DNA from: Octopus sinensis
Lineage: Eukaryota
Assembly: GCF_006345805.1 (NCBI RefSeq)
Contig: NC_043001.1
Location: 9,796,001-9,860,000, forward strand
Length of the DNA stretch: 64,000 nucleotides
Reading direction: 5' to 3'
How positions within the stretch are numbered: the stretch's first letter is position 1; the number at the start of each line of letters is the position of its first letter. The position numbers and the translations under genes were made by a program. Below, piece after piece: positions 11,862 to 25,269 of the stretch. The notes below the pieces were generated by a model. That model was not told where the DNA came from. It made no database searches and worked only from the letters and a program-made list of their open reading frames with translations.

Positions 11862-11932
11862 CTTTTGAAAACAAGACATTTTGTATTACAGAGCCAGAGG
11901 CGGTTTCAGCCAGGTTGGTACCAAAAGGGTTA
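11862..11932. mobile_element. Terminal fragment of piggyBac-type MITE-1
   Basis: gaaaacaagacattttgta...ggttggtaccaaaagggTTAA; matches 21770-21828 and 28140-28204. Confidence 0.7.
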
Positions 11933-11945
11933 AGGGTATGGCTGA

Positions 11946-12160
11946 AAGGCATCAAGCTGGCAGAATTGTTAGCACCCCAGGCGAAATACTTAACTTCATT
12001 TCATCTGTCTTTCCATTTGGAGTTCAAATTCTGCTGAGGTCAACTTTGACTTTTATCCATTCAGGGTTGATCAAAGAAAATACCAGTTGAGCACTGGGGT
12101 TGATGTAACCAACTGACCCCTTCGCTTGAACTTCATGGCCTTGTACCAGAATTTGTGCCT
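11946..12160 (+). mobile_element. SINE family B variant, single unit
   Basis: agctggcagaattgttagcac...ggagttcaaattc...ttgagcactggggttgatg. Confidence 0.7.
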
Positions 12161-12197
12161 ACCAATCAATATCCATAAAAACGTAGATGCACACACA

Positions 12198-12380
12198 CAA
12201 TCATCACCATCATCATCCCCAGTTTTAACATCTACTTTTCCATGTTTGCATGGGTTAGACAAAGCATGCTGAGGCATCTTTTCTAGGGCTGGATGCCCTC
12301 TCTGTTGCCAACCTTTCTCTTGTTTCCAAGCAAGATAATTATTCCATGTGGCCACATGTTTTTCATGGAAGACTGGCAAT
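12198..12380 (-). mobile_element. Degenerate RTE 3' tail
   Basis: (CAT)n, ttttccatgtttgcatgggtt, ggctggatgccc. Confidence 0.65.
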
Positions 12381-12454
12381 AAACATTACTTGTACGATGT
12401 TTGAAGTCCTTTTACAACAATCACATGACATCAAGAGAAGGGTTCACACAAACA

Positions 12455-12664
12455 TGTATCTTTCATCTTTTACTTGTCGCAGTCATTAGACTGTGGCCAT
12501 ACTGGGGCACTGCCTTGAGGAAGGTTAGTCAACTGAATTGTCCCCCTGTTTTTTCTTTTAAATTCTGGTCCTCATTCCATTAGTCTCTTTTGTTAAACTG
12601 CTAAGATATGGGGCTGTAAACTCACCAACCCCAGTTATCAAGCAGTGGTTGGGAGACAAACACA

Positions 12665-12707
<43 letters not shown>

Positions 12708-12870
12708 ATGGGCTTCTTTCAGTCTCCATTTACCAAACCCACTCACAAGGCTTAAGTCAGCTCGTGGTTATAGCAGAAAACACTTCCCCAAGGTGCCACG
12801 CAGTAGGGTTGAACCCAGAACCAAGTGGTTGGGAAACAAATTTCTTACCACATAGCTTTGCCAGTGCCTA
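12455..12870 (-). mobile_element. SINE family A, degenerate full length with central (CA)n
   Basis: Both halves present around (CA)n at about 12660-12705. Confidence 0.8.
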
Positions 12871-12967
12871 AAAAGTGACCAGCAAGCTGCTACAGAGAAC
12901 TGAACAGAGTATCTCACAAATTCTGGTTGATGATTAGATTTTAGAATATAATTGTCTAACATATTAA

Positions 12968-13300
12968 CAAAACCCTCCATAAAACACAAATTTCCAAAAA
13001 TCAAGGTATATTTTTCCTTTCATTTGATGTTTGTAGTTATTTCTGCAAATTCTAAAATTTACCTTGATTTTTGGAAATTTGTAAGTGTTTTATAGAGAAT
13101 TTTGCCCATATCTTAATCAATTATCTCAGATTTTGGAATATGATTGTTTAAGCAAAATCCTCCATAAAACACATCCAAATTGCCAAAATCCTCCATAAAG
13201 CACATTCAAATTTCCAAAAATCAAGGAAAAATTTTAGAATTTGCAGGAATAAATAACCAAGTTAACATTGAACTACAAATATGAAATGGAAGGGAAAATA
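12968..13300. repeat. Nested inverted-repeat (fold-back) element
   Basis: Perfect 22 bp inverted repeat 12987-13008/13060-13081; 13009-13081 is again inverted at 13207-13300. Confidence 0.75.
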
Positions 13301-13956
13301 AAACTGGTTTTGGACAGACAATGACTTGTGTGAAAGTAATGATGTGATAATTTTTAAGATGAAAGCAGCTTTTGCAGAAATTTTTGTGAATATTGATCAG
13401 GTAAAGCCATGGCAGCTAGCTTAGTTTGAATAGAAAATCAGGAAACTATCAGTGTCAGTGATGTTTGGGATATCATTTACATCTATAATTCCTCGTGTAA
13501 CTTCACTAGTTTTGGTCAAGCAAATTGGACTCAATGAGAATAACTACAAAGAAAACAATATTTTTCTATTTGGCTCCCAACCAATCTTCGTATGCATGTT
13601 AACATTTCTGATGCTAGTGAAACGATGTGAATATCCATATATTAGTACAAAATACAGGCTAGGGAGGGTGGCTGGCTATGTGGCGAGGGGGCAGGCGGAA
13701 TGAGTTGTGGTTCTGATTTATTTCTGAAATTTATTGATACATAAATTTTAATAGGCAAGGGTAAGGGTCTGGAAAAATGCCAGCATGCTTACTACTGTGT
13801 TGGTCTTCTGGGCAAAACCCAAAACCGCTTGCCTCAGTTTATCTAACCTATTACAGGTCCCACTCCTTCGTCAGAGTTGAGGGATTTGCAACACTTTATT
13901 ATTTCTGACACACTGGAAATAGGAACGAAATCTCCCTCAAATCACACCATTCTGTC

Positions 13957-14301
13957 TTTTACTTGTTTCAGTCATTTGACTGCGGCCATGCTGGAGCACT
14001 GCCTTTTAGTTGAGCAAATCGACCCCAGGACTTATTCTTTGTAAGCCTAGTACTTATTCTATCAGTCTCTTTTGCCGAACTGCTAAGTTACAGGGGCGTA
14101 AACACACCAGCATCAGTTGTCGAGTGATGTCAGGGGGACAAACATAGACACACAAACACACACACATATATATATACATATACATATATACGACAGGCTT
14201 CTTTCAGTTTCCATCTACCAAATCCACTCACAAGGCTTCAGTCTGCCCAAGGCTATAGTGCCACGCAGTTGGACTGAACCCGGAACCATGTAGTTGGTAA
14301 G

Positions 14302-14305
<4 letters not shown>
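13957..14305 (-). mobile_element. SINE family A
   Basis: ttttacttgtttcagtc...gactgaacccggaaccatgtagttggtaagc. Confidence 0.85.
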
Positions 14306-14350
<45 letters not shown>

Positions 14351-14425
14351 AACAGCCATGTCTGCATCTATGCACTCTGTACTTCCTAGTTTTGTCTGAA
14401 GACTTACAGACCACACATACACACA

Positions 14426-14473
<48 letters not shown>

Positions 14474-16705
14474 GCTTTCAGTTGATTTTTGCCAGTCAGC
14501 AGTCTGACATTTGAATTTCTGTGATATTTTGCCATTGAATAAGGGATTACACCATTCCAGTTGCAAATATCACAGACAACCAAAACTGAAGAACACACAC
14601 ATGCACACAGCTTCAGATCAATAATGGTACAGATTCCATTTCACTGAGAAATGGCCTGATTGCTGCCATTGTTCCAAATTCAAATAATGAGCGTATTATC
14701 TAACATTAATATTTTTTTTTTCTCAGGTTAATTAAACATTTACATAATTCAAGTAACTGTCCTTGTGTCCCAGCCCTATCCTCCAACCCTTGCTTGTGTC
14801 ATCATGTTACAACACTTCAGCATCATGCGCTACTAAAGCAAGCAATAATAAGAAGAAACCCTTACAACCATGACCACTTCATCAAACTCTGACAGAACCT
14901 TCATATGAAACAACCAAATCTCCCTTAAGTTTCCCTACTGTCTTTAAAAAATAAGGAGTAGCAGCCAAATGTCCCTCAAATAATATTCTAGTCTCCCAAA
15001 ATGAGGACACATTGGATAATGAAGTTCACAGCCTGAGATGGGGAGAGGCAGGAAGGCCACAGCTGGTATACCCTTTATCATAGGGGGCTGCTTTCTCACA
15101 GAACCCACTTAAACTGCTACAAAACTTTGTTTGCCTTCTTCACCCTGAATCTACCCCTCAGCCTTACCCCAAACCCCAACAACCAGTGGATTATTTTAAA
15201 TTTGAGAAGCAAAAAAATTCCCCTGAAATCTGATTGTTTTATTGTTCTGGGTGCAAATGCTGAAAATGGTTGGCATTTGTATGGTTTTCTTTCCCTTTTT
15301 TTTCTTTTCGTTTCTGGGAAAGGGTTCACCAAGTACCTGAATCATTGCAATACATGTACCCCCTCCTTTACTGCCTGTTAAAAAAAGAAAAAAAAAAAAG
15401 GTGAACTTCATTATTATAGAACTAATGTAACAATAACAATACTAGGAACCACCATCATCACAATCAGCATCATTATCAATACCCAAACCGCAACTCAAAT
15501 TGAGATATTGTAAATTTGAACTTGAAAAAATAAATCTATAAAAATTGAAAACTTGGCGTATAAAGCCACATACATATAAATATATATATGTGCCTGTGTG
15601 TGTGTGCGCGTGTGTGTGTATATATCTATGTATATATATATTTGTGTGTGTGTGTGTATATGTGTATACATATACAGATGTTTATATGTGTATACATATG
15701 TGTATATGGAGGTTTATATATCAACTGCAAATAGATTTTTTTTCTATTATTTTTCATTCTAGAAAGAATTAAAGATAATTTTAAAAAGTTATTAAAGAAA
15801 AATAAATTCTGCAAATCCCTGTCTGTTTCCTGTGTTTATATATGTTTATATATGTTTTCATAATCTTACCTTGTGTTGGGTAAGGAATATTTAAAAAAAA
15901 AAAAAAGAAAAATTACATATTAAAAGATAAAAAGCAACAGAAACAAAAATAAAACAAATAAACACAGAAAACAAAAACAAAAAAAAAACACGTTTTTTTT
16001 CAAAAGAAGCAACCAATAAGATGCAAGCAATCTCTTTTACTGCTTGGAAAATAATGTATCTTAATGAGCATGGACAGAGAGGCTTAGTAAGTAGGTCTGC
16101 CAGCCAGAGAGTTTGTCTGTAGGTAGAAAAGGAAACATTGAGCGTCCTGTGTGTATAATCTGACAACAGGGAATTGTTCAACCAGTAGCAGGCAGGATAG
16201 CAGAGGAGTTCTTCACATCAGAGAAAAGCAGTGCTAATAGCAACAAACACTGCAGCTTCTCTTCTCTTCTTCTTCTTCTATTCATTTTTATATTTCCTCT
16301 GGCATCTTACAACACACTTTGCTACTGCTGTTGCTGATGCTGGTTCTCGGGGGTGGGAGGTGGGGGGTAGGGTTAAGATTTATGTATTTTTTTTAATTTT
16401 AGTTTTTGTTTGTTTTCGGTTTTCGTTTTGTTTCATATTTCATTTTTATATTACCCCTAAATTTTTTTTTTTTTCTTTTTCATTTCTCTCTTGCTTCGTC
16501 TCTGCTACCCCCACCTCTCTCTCTCTTTTTCTCTCTGTATATATGCATATTATATTATATGTGCACATGTGTGTATGTGTATGTATGTATGTATGTATGT
16601 ATGTATATATATATATATGTATATGTGTATATATATATATATACATATATATATTGAGAGAGAGAGAGATAAACATGCGCAAAGATACACTGTATACTTT
16701 CTCTT

Positions 16706-16745
<40 letters not shown>

Positions 16746-16974
16746 CTACTCTCTCTTTCATTTCCAACTACAAAGAGGGTGCTCAATACATATTTAAAGT
16801 TTCTATTCATTATGCTTCGGCTGATGATTCACTATAGTTTCCTGCCACGTGTGTGGCGTTTCAGGCTACATCTGTATGCAAGACGTGAATATATGCACGT
16901 GTGGACAGCAGCATGCATGCATGTGCATATGTGTGTGTGCACACCTGCATAAATATATATGTGCATGTGTGAGC

Positions 16975-17140
16975 ATTCATGGCCTAGTGGTTAAAGAGCT
17001 GCACTCACAATCGCTGGATTCTAGGTTTGATTCCCAGACTGGGCACATTGTGTTTTTCAGCAAAACACTTTCTTTCATGTTGCCTCAGTCCATTTAGCTG
17101 TAAATGGGTAACCCTACAATGGACTGGCCTTCCAATCAGG
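16975..17140 (+). mobile_element. tRNA-headed SINE related to family C, degenerate
   Basis: tggcctagtggttaaagagc...ggtttgattcccagactgggc...gtaaatgggtaacc...atggactggcc. Confidence 0.6.
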
Positions 17141-17315
17141 AAGGAATGTTGGTGGGATGGGATCGTCTGAAAACTAAAACAATGCAATGTGCATGATGTA
17201 TTAGAAACCATGCGAAATCAGACTAGGCGTCTGGTGCAACCTTCCAGCTTCCCAGCCCTGGTCAAACCATCCAACCCACCATGCCAGGATGGACAATGGA
17301 TGCTAAATGATGATG
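17140..17315 (+). mobile_element. Degenerate RTE 3' tail
   Basis: ggtcaaaccatccaacccaccatgccaggatggac followed by tgatgatg. Confidence 0.6.
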
Positions 17316-17450
17316 AAAGCTTTGAGTGGACCAAGTTTATATGGAGGATACTTAGCCAAGGTACTGGGCCTGGAACCATGTGGTTGGGAAGCAAGTTTCT
17401 TCACCACACAACACCTGCACCTGTATAGGTATGTGCGTGTGTATGAAGGC

Positions 17451-17682
17451 AGGGAGCTGGCAGAAACGTTAGCACGCCGGGCGAAATGCTTTGTGTTATT
17501 TCGTCCGCCGCTACGTTCTGAGTTCAAATTCCACCGAGGTCGACTTTGCCTTCATCCTTTCGGGGTCGATTAAATAAGTACCAGTTACGCACTGGGGTCG
17601 ATATAAGCGACTTAATCCATTTGTCTGTCCTTGTTTGTCCTCTCTGTGTTTAGCCCCTTGTGGGTAGTAAAGAAATAGGTAT
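17451..17682 (+). mobile_element. SINE family B monomer
   Basis: Head plus one unit; ends aaagaaataggtat, i.e. the first bases of a next unit. Confidence 0.9.
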
Positions 17683-17706
17683 GTGCGTGTGTGAGAGAGA
17701 GAAAGA

Positions 17707-17757
<51 letters not shown>

Positions 17758-18102
17758 TGGCAGGTTCATCAATGAGATTCCAGATGTTCATTCAAAAGAA
17801 CTGCTTTTACTCCAAAGTTCCACAATCGTTGTTCTTGTTTTTTTTTTTTTACTTCCTACAGTCTTTGGGCTGCAACTATATTGTGGTTTTGCCACCTTCA
17901 TTGATTATATTAGTTCCAAATTTTGGCACAATTTCGGGGAGAGGATCAGTTCAGTTACATCGGCCCCAATGCTCATCCGGTACATATTTTATCAACCCCG
18001 AAAGGACGAACTCAACCATTTCACTGATCAGGTAGAAGTCAAGCCAGGGTTGTTATAACGGAAGAAACTTAATTAAGGTGCTGTGCAGTGGGACTGAATC
18101 AA

Positions 18103-18478
18103 GGCAGGAGTGACTGTGTGGAAAGAAGCTTGCTTATGAACCACCTGGTTCCAGGTTCAGTCCCACTGCGTGGCACCTTGTGCAAGTGTCTTCTACTATA
18201 GCCTCAGCCCGACCATAGCCTTGTGAGTGGATTTAGTAAACGGAAACTGAAAGAAGCCCGTCGTATATGTGTGTATGTGTTTGTTGTTTGTGTTTGCTTT
18301 TGTCCCCCACCCCCATCGCTTGACAACTGATGTTGGTATGTTTATGTTCCCGTAACTTAACAGTTTGGCAAAAAGAGACTAACAGAACAAGTATTAGGTT
18401 TGTCGATTTATTCTCCTAAAGGTGGTGCTCCAGCATGGCCACAGTCAAATGACTGAAACAAGTAAAAGAGTAAAAGAG
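18103..18478 (+). mobile_element. SINE family A
   Basis: ggcaggagtgactgtgtgg...tgactgaaacaagtaaaagag. Confidence 0.85.
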
Positions 18479-18879
18479 AAGTTGTGGAGTAGTTTTCAAC
18501 CTTACAGCCATTATGCCTATCACCTGTCTTTTTAAAGACAGGTACCATATTCAAAGGCATTAAGATACACAGGTGTATCAGACACACATGCCAGTTTAAA
18601 TACTGCTTATTCAGGAAGAAAATCAATTTTACAGCATAAAAAAAAAAAATTGTAATTTAAGCCCAGTTTCACATATCTGAACTGGTGTGGTGGGGAGACG
18701 ATTTGAGGCCCTTTTTCAAAAAAAAAACCTGTGTCTATTATTTTGATGGGTATATTTAGCTGCTATTTCTAGCAGGTTGAATTCCCATACATAAGATCCC
18801 CTATTGTGTTTTCTCTTAATCTATTTCACATTTTCTTCTTTTTCTACTTTCCAACATTGTGCAACACACTCCCATACAC

Positions 18880-19750
18880 ACACTCTCTCTCTCTGTCCTC
18901 TCCTTCTTTCTCTCTGTCTGTCTGTCTCTCTCTTTCTCTCTCCCTCTCTGTTCTCTCTTTCCCTCTCTGTCCCCTCTCTGTCCCCCTCTCTCTCTCTCTC
19001 TCAGCCTCACTTTTACTTGCCTTCTAATCAAAACTATCTTTCTAGTAAACCAACCTGGGTCCTCCAGTTCTCTCCTACCTTATTTTAAATATCCCCCCGC
19101 TCCCCTCAGCTCCCTCTCTCTTAATCCCTTCTTCTCCTCACTCTTCTACTCAAATCTCTTCTCTATCCCCTGAGAACCATAAACCCTCCCTCTTTCATTA
19201 TACACTCCCATCTGTCTAGTCTTCCACTTTCTTTGTTATACGCACTCTCTCTCTCTCTTTCTCTTTCTCTCTCTCTTTCTTTCTCTCTCTCTGTTTCTCT
19301 CTCTCTCTCTGTCTCTCTCTTTCTCTCTCTCTGTCTCTCTCTTTTTCTGTCTGTCTCTCTCTCTCTCGCTTTCTCTCTGTCCCTCTCCCTTCTCTCTCTC
19401 TCTGATATACTTTTTCCTTTCTTTCTGATATACATTTTCTCTCTATCTTTGCTTTACTCTCCTCTCTCTCTCTCTCTTTCTCTCTTTGTATTCTCCTCTC
19501 TCTCTCTGTATCTTCATGATTCTACTTACCCCCCCCACCTCTATCTGTCTCCCTGTTTCTCTCTCTCTCTCTCTCTCTCTCTCCTCCTCCTCTTCCCTTC
19601 ACTCCTCTCCATCCCTCACATCTTTCTCAGCCTCGGCTGCCCTCCCCCATCCCAACTCCCCACCCACCCCCACCCGCCCCCACCGCTCCCCCCTTTATTC
19701 CTTCCTTCTCTTTGTCTATATCTCTCCTTCAGTCTGGCTTTCTGATAAGT
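18880..19750. repeat. Long (CT)n/C-rich polypyrimidine region
   Basis: Direct reading of the sequence. Confidence 0.9.
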
Positions 19751-20199
19751 AAAATCTCTATTCTTAAAACATTATAACATCTCTGCTACCTACTCACCTA
19801 CCCAACCACCCACCACCCCCGCTCCTTCCCTTTCTAGTTCTTTCATCACCCCCACCCCCGCCACATCTCTCTCTCTCTCTTTCTCTCTCTATCACACACA
19901 CCACACACACACACACATCTAAAACATTCTTCACTCCTGACCTATTTACACAGACCTGGATAATGCAAAGTCTTAAAAACTCTTCTACTGTTGCAGGATT
20001 CTACATTTCTGGAGACTGGTTCCTCCCAATTTATTTATTTATTTATTTGCTCTATTTTCTTGTCTCTCCTTTAACCTCTTTGCAAGAGGTGGTGGCGGTG
20101 GTGATGGTGGGTAGCATTAATTATGATAATTACATTCAGACTTTGTGTACTAATTTAGAAAATAATCAACAATTAAAAATGGTTCTAATGAAATCCTTT

Positions 20200-20580
20200 A
20201 ATCATTTACTACTTGTTCCAGTCATTAGACTGTGGCTATGCTGGGGCACCAACTTCAAGAACTTATAGTTGAATGGATTGGCAACACTAGTTATTTTAAT
20301 TTTAAATGTGGCATTTATTCTGTCAGTGTCTTTTGCCGAACTGCTAAGTCACGTTGGTGTAAACACACTAACCCCAGTAGTCATATGGTGGTGGTGAATC
20401 AAACACAGATGCAATGACTCACACACACACACACACACGTGCTATGGGCTTCTTTCAGTTTCTATCAACCAAATCTGCTCTCAAGGCTTTGGTTGACCTG
20501 GAGCAATAGAAGACACTTGTTCAAGGTGCCACACAGTGGGACTGAACCTGGAACCATGTGATTGGGAAGAAAGCTTCTTA
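20200..20580 (-). mobile_element. SINE family A, degenerate
   Basis: acttgttccagtcattagactgtggc...gggactgaacctggaaccatgtg. Confidence 0.8.
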
Positions 20581-21026
20581 TAGTGATGCCAATGCTTTTG
20601 TAGGAAAACATTAATTATGATAATTACATTCGGCCTTTGTGTGTTAATTTAGAAAGCAATCAACAATTATAACAGGTTTTAATGAAGTAACTAATTTAAT
20701 AAAACAAATTTTTTCATAACGATGTCTTGTGTTATATGTTAGTCAGGAGGGGGACAGCAAAGGTCTATAATTCCTTCTGGGGCCTCCAACACTTTTGAGG
20801 GGACAGGGAGGAAGATATTCTCAAAAGTAGGAACCTGACCTGATTTCCTGGAATGGAGTGGACTATACCGAAGGGACCTGAAGTTCTGCTTGATCGTGGT
20901 TGACTCAGGGCTAAACAACAGCAGCAAGAATAATCTCTTTTACAAACCTATGAGGATTAGTATTCTGAAACCATTTCTTTTGCAATGCTAGGCACTGTGT
21001 GTGTATCTGTGTGTGTGTTCATTTAA

Positions 21027-21824
21027 CCCTTTGGTTACCATATTTCTGCTCAGGTGTTCTGTGTTTCTTTAAATTAATTTTAAATATAACAAAGAATTTA
21101 GTAAAACAACTTAGTTATCATTAACCCCTTACCCAGCAGAAACGAATATATGCGTTTTGACCGAAATCGCTTTTTTTCTATCCTGGTCGAGTTAACTCAT
21201 CAAAGATAGACTCGCCAAAATCGACAGCAAACGAGTTCCTTGTCTATTTTTATAACTCTACTCTTTTGACATATGCGAGTATATTCGCTCACTTTATACG
21301 TCTGGCAGTGACGATTTCTGCCACCTTTCGCTTGAGTAAGGCATTGAAGACCGAGTATGATTTAGTCACCTGGAGACAGTCGAAGGGTTGGAAGCACATT
21401 TTATGAATAGAAGTATTCACTTTGTTTTTACGTTTTTTTTTTTATACCTTTATATTATAACCCCACCATGTCGATAACCAAATAAAATAACATGATTTTT
21501 TGTAAAAGTATATGATTTATGAAAAAAACGGGTTAACTCGTTTCTGCCCAAAGCGGTAATTTAAAATCAATATTATTGAATTAAATTCATAATAAATAGG
21601 TTTGAAATATACCCCTCAAAATCACCATTCAAAACATAGTAAAATAAAACAATTAAAAAATATGTCTGAGAAAATACATTTATTTTCAAAATAATTGTTG
21701 GGTAAGGGGTTAAGCTAGCGCTAGGAACATAAATTGTGACTAAGGTTTGGTGGAAGATTTAATTCAAAACTTATGGAAACAAGACATTTGTACTCAGAGC
21801 CAGAGTGGGTTGGTAATGAAAGGG
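21027..21824. mobile_element. piggyBac-type MITE-1 (host element), split by a nested MITE
   Basis: TTAA(21023-26)|CCCTTTGGTTACCA...TTGGTAATGAAAGGG|TTAA(21825-28). Confidence 0.85.
21125..21709. mobile_element. piggyBac-type non-autonomous element (585 bp) nested at an internal TTAA
   Basis: TIR CCCCTTACCCA/TGGGTAAGGGG; TTAA target duplication at 21121-24 and 21710-13. Confidence 0.9.
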
Positions 21825-22356
21825 TTAATGTTGTCATAAACCCAAACTTTTCTCTGCAGATAGACACTAGCAGGATGACCATTAAAATAACCAAAGGATA
21901 TTTTGTCTGATACACAGCTCCAAGAATCTCTCATCTTCCTGTCAGATCTTGCCATTCACACTGACTCACAGCTAAATAAATCTTAACCAACCTAAAAAGA
22001 ATCCTTTTAGCTGCCATTTCTCACTTTTATCTACACGACCTCTTATACACAGTTATCATAAAGATAAAACAAACCACACACACATAGAGGAAATCTTTTA
22101 GTCAACTTCTTAACCTCCTCCAGCTTGCAGCTTCCAGGTAGAGAATCTACTTTGGTCAGGTCATGGAAACCGAAGAAGCCAACACGTGCAGGCAGCATCC
22201 GAGATACTGTTTCAGCCATCAAATATCACTTTCACACATTAAGCTTCTTCCTGGGTTTCAGCTTAATATTTCTATCTTAAGATAAATATTGGGTTTGGCA
22301 ATTCAAACAGAAAATATTAGAACTCAATACATGAGTGTGTGTGTCTCTTCTCTTTC

Positions 22357-22765
22357 TCTTTTCTTTTACTTGTTTCAGTCATTTTGACTGTGGCCATGCT
22401 GGAGCACTGCCTTTTAGTCGAGCAAATCGACCCTAAGACTTATTCTTTGTAAGCCTAGTACTTATTCTATCAGTCTCTTTTGCTGAACTGCTAAAATACA
22501 GGGACGTAAACACACCAGCATCGGTTGTCAAGACATGTTGGGGGGACAAACACAGACACACAAGCATATACACACACATACATATATATATATATACATA
22601 TACATATATACGACGGGCTTCTTTCAGTTTCCGTCTACCAAATCCACTCACAAGCTTTGGTTGGCCTGAGGCTATAGTAGAAGACACTTGCCCAAGGTGC
22701 CACGCAGTGGAACTGAACCCAGAACCATGTAGTTCGTAAGCAAGCTACTTACCACACAGCCACTC
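22357..22765 (-). mobile_element. SINE family A, full length
   Basis: Both halves plus central microsatellite. Confidence 0.9.
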
Positions 22766-22929
22766 ATGCATGTGTGTTTTCCTCTTGAGCTGTGCTTTCT
22801 CTTTGAGTTAACACGGGGTCCACTAACGACAATGTAAACTTCATATACTCAAGGCCTGAAGAGTAGCTTGCAGTCTGTTCCTTGTTTGGATAATTTACTA
22901 CTTCTAGGGTTCGGTTGGCTATGAACTAT

Positions 22930-23112
22930 GTGATGGTGGAGGAACAAACACAGACACACACACAAATATAGATGCTCACACACACACACCAAATTCACTC
23001 ACAAGGTTTTTGGTCAGCCTGATTCTATAGCAGAAGACACTTGCACAAGGTGCCACACAGTGAGACCGAACCCAGAACTATGTGGTTGGGAAGCAAGCTT
23101 CTTACCACACAG
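22930..23112 (-). mobile_element. SINE family A, 5' half
   Basis: aaattcactcacaagg...gaagacacttgcacaaggtgccacac...cttaccacacagc. Confidence 0.75.
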
Positions 23113-23488
23113 CAGCAGGGAGACTCAAGGGCTGAGAGTTTTGTGGTTAGCACTTACCAAACTAATTACAAATAGAGTGGTTATAAATTTATATGTCAGT
23201 GGTTATGGTATTTTCCTGGATAGTTTCGGAACAAATTATAAAATATTTATTATCAATAATTTCATATGTTAGATTGTGATTCACTGATTTAATGTATTGC
23301 TTTGCTGAGGAGGTCATAACACAAAAATATGTCCCGAGTTATCTCCCATAGTTGGAGAAAGAAAGAAAATATTAGATAATGGCATATCTGTTATTATTTT
23401 ATTAGTTTTCTTCCTTCCATAAATGTTTTCAATTAATCTTTGAATTACATTCACTGTGACAAATATGTTAGCATTATCTTAATTGTGG

Positions 23489-23790
23489 GGGAGGCACAAG
23501 GCCTAGTGGTTACAGCAGTAGATTCACGGTCGAGGGATCGTGGGTTCAAATCTCAGACTGGGCAATGTGTGTGTTTATGAGCGAAACACCTAAGTTCCAT
23601 GCGGCTCTGGCAGAAGGTAATGGCAAACTTCTGCTGACTCTTTCGCCACACCTTTCTCTTTCTCTTTCCTCCTGCATCTTGCAGCTCACCTGCGACAGAC
23701 TAGCGTCTTGTCCAGGTGGGGAACCTATACGCCAAGGAAACCAGGAAACTGGCCCTTATGAGCTAGGCATGGCTCAAGAAGGAATAAACA
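23489..23790 (+). mobile_element. SINE family C, 3' module type 1
   Basis: ggaggcacaaggcctagtggtt...gggttcaaatctc head; 3' gcagctcacctgcgacagactagcgtcttgtccagg; paralog at 54950-55250. Confidence 0.8.
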
Positions 23791-23898
23791 TCTTAACTGT
23801 GAATTATAATATCTTTCATCCCTGAGATTCTTTGCATCATCATCTTGATAAGGAATGGGGTTTACAGGAAGCTTGCTCAAGATGAGACCTGTCTTGTA

Positions 23899-24352
23899 TA
23901 AGTAGAGATTTCAAACTTAAAATCTTCAAAGCCACAGTCAAACCAATTCTACTATACGGCTCAGAAACCTGGACGTTATCAAAGAAGCTTGAGAGGCGGT
24001 TGGATGGAACTTACACTCGCCTCCTTATGAGAGCTCAAAATCTCTCGTGGAAGTGTCATCCAACCAAAGTACAAATATATGGGAAATTACCACCTGTATC
24101 ATCTCTTGTGAAATGTAGAAGAGTCCAGTTTGCTGGACATTGTTGTAGAGCTGAAAACGAGGTAATTTCTCCTCTTCTCCTCTGGAAGCCATCTGCTCGC
24201 AATACCAGAGGGCACACACTCTCCTATCCTGATGTAATCTCCAGGGATACAGGCATCCAGCAACAGGGCTTCCGTAATGCTATGATGGACCGTGAAGTCT
24301 GGTGTAACATAGTAAATTCCATTGTCTCGACCACGGTCGAACAATGATGATG
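23899..24352 (+). mobile_element. RTE-like LINE family 2, 3' fragment with target-site duplication
   Basis: Uninterrupted ...YGSETWTLSKKLERRLDGTYTRLLMRAQ...FAGHCCR...; (GAT)n tail; TSD tcttgtataa at 23892-901 and 24354-63. Confidence 0.9.
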
Positions 24353-24847
24353 TTCTTGTATAACAGACTGATCTCCAGTTCTTGAAAATTCCATCTGAAG
24401 CAAAGTGTTTCTCTTGATGTCAGTGAAGATTTTTTACTGTCTTGCAATAATAGAGAATGGTGGGCTGAGCTACGTCTCTGTATATTTTTATAATTTGTAT
24501 CATTAACATGGTTTGTTTATTGTATTAAAGATGTTAGAGACCAGTAGTATCCACACCCACACAATTGTGGAATGTTTGAGATTTTTTCTAGGTCCGACCA
24601 CACTACATCCTTACCTGCCTTCTGCACCCACGTGTTATCCACACTCACAGCCTCACACATGCACAGTACACATCCTTTATAAACTGTAAACTTTAAAAGA
24701 ATGGTAACATAACATCTTAGCGCCAATTCAGCAGTACCGACCCTGACAGCACATACATCAAAAGGAGCATTCCATTCGCACAACAAACTGATAAGAGACC
24801 TTCTGCATTTTGACAACAAACAACAGTTATCAAGTGGAAGGGAAAAC

Positions 24848-25110
24848 AAACACACACACACATACACACACACACACACGCACATATACACACACATACA
24901 CAACACACGCACATACACACACACACACGCACATACACACACATGCGCACACACACACACATACACACACGCACATACACACACGCACATACACACACAC
25001 ACATACACACACAAACACACACACACGCACATACACACACATACACGCACACACACACACATATACACAGACACACACACACATGCACACACACACACAC
25101 ACGCACACAC
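24848..25110. repeat. Compound (CA)n/(CACG)/(CATA) microsatellite
   Basis: Direct reading of the sequence. Confidence 0.95.
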
Positions 25111-25269
25111 AGATACAATCTCTGTCTACCGAATTCCCTCACAAGGCATTGGCAATCACAGAGCTTTAACAGAAGAAACTTGCCCAAGATATTGTGCAGC
25201 GAGACTAAACTAAGTGATATTCACATAAAAACTTGGTCATCTCACCTACAAGCTCTGTTCTTTAAAATG

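Noticed and set aside
24590-24810. Possible exon in unique sequence (open on both strands)
   Set aside because: The translations resemble nothing I recognise and the splice signals conflict.
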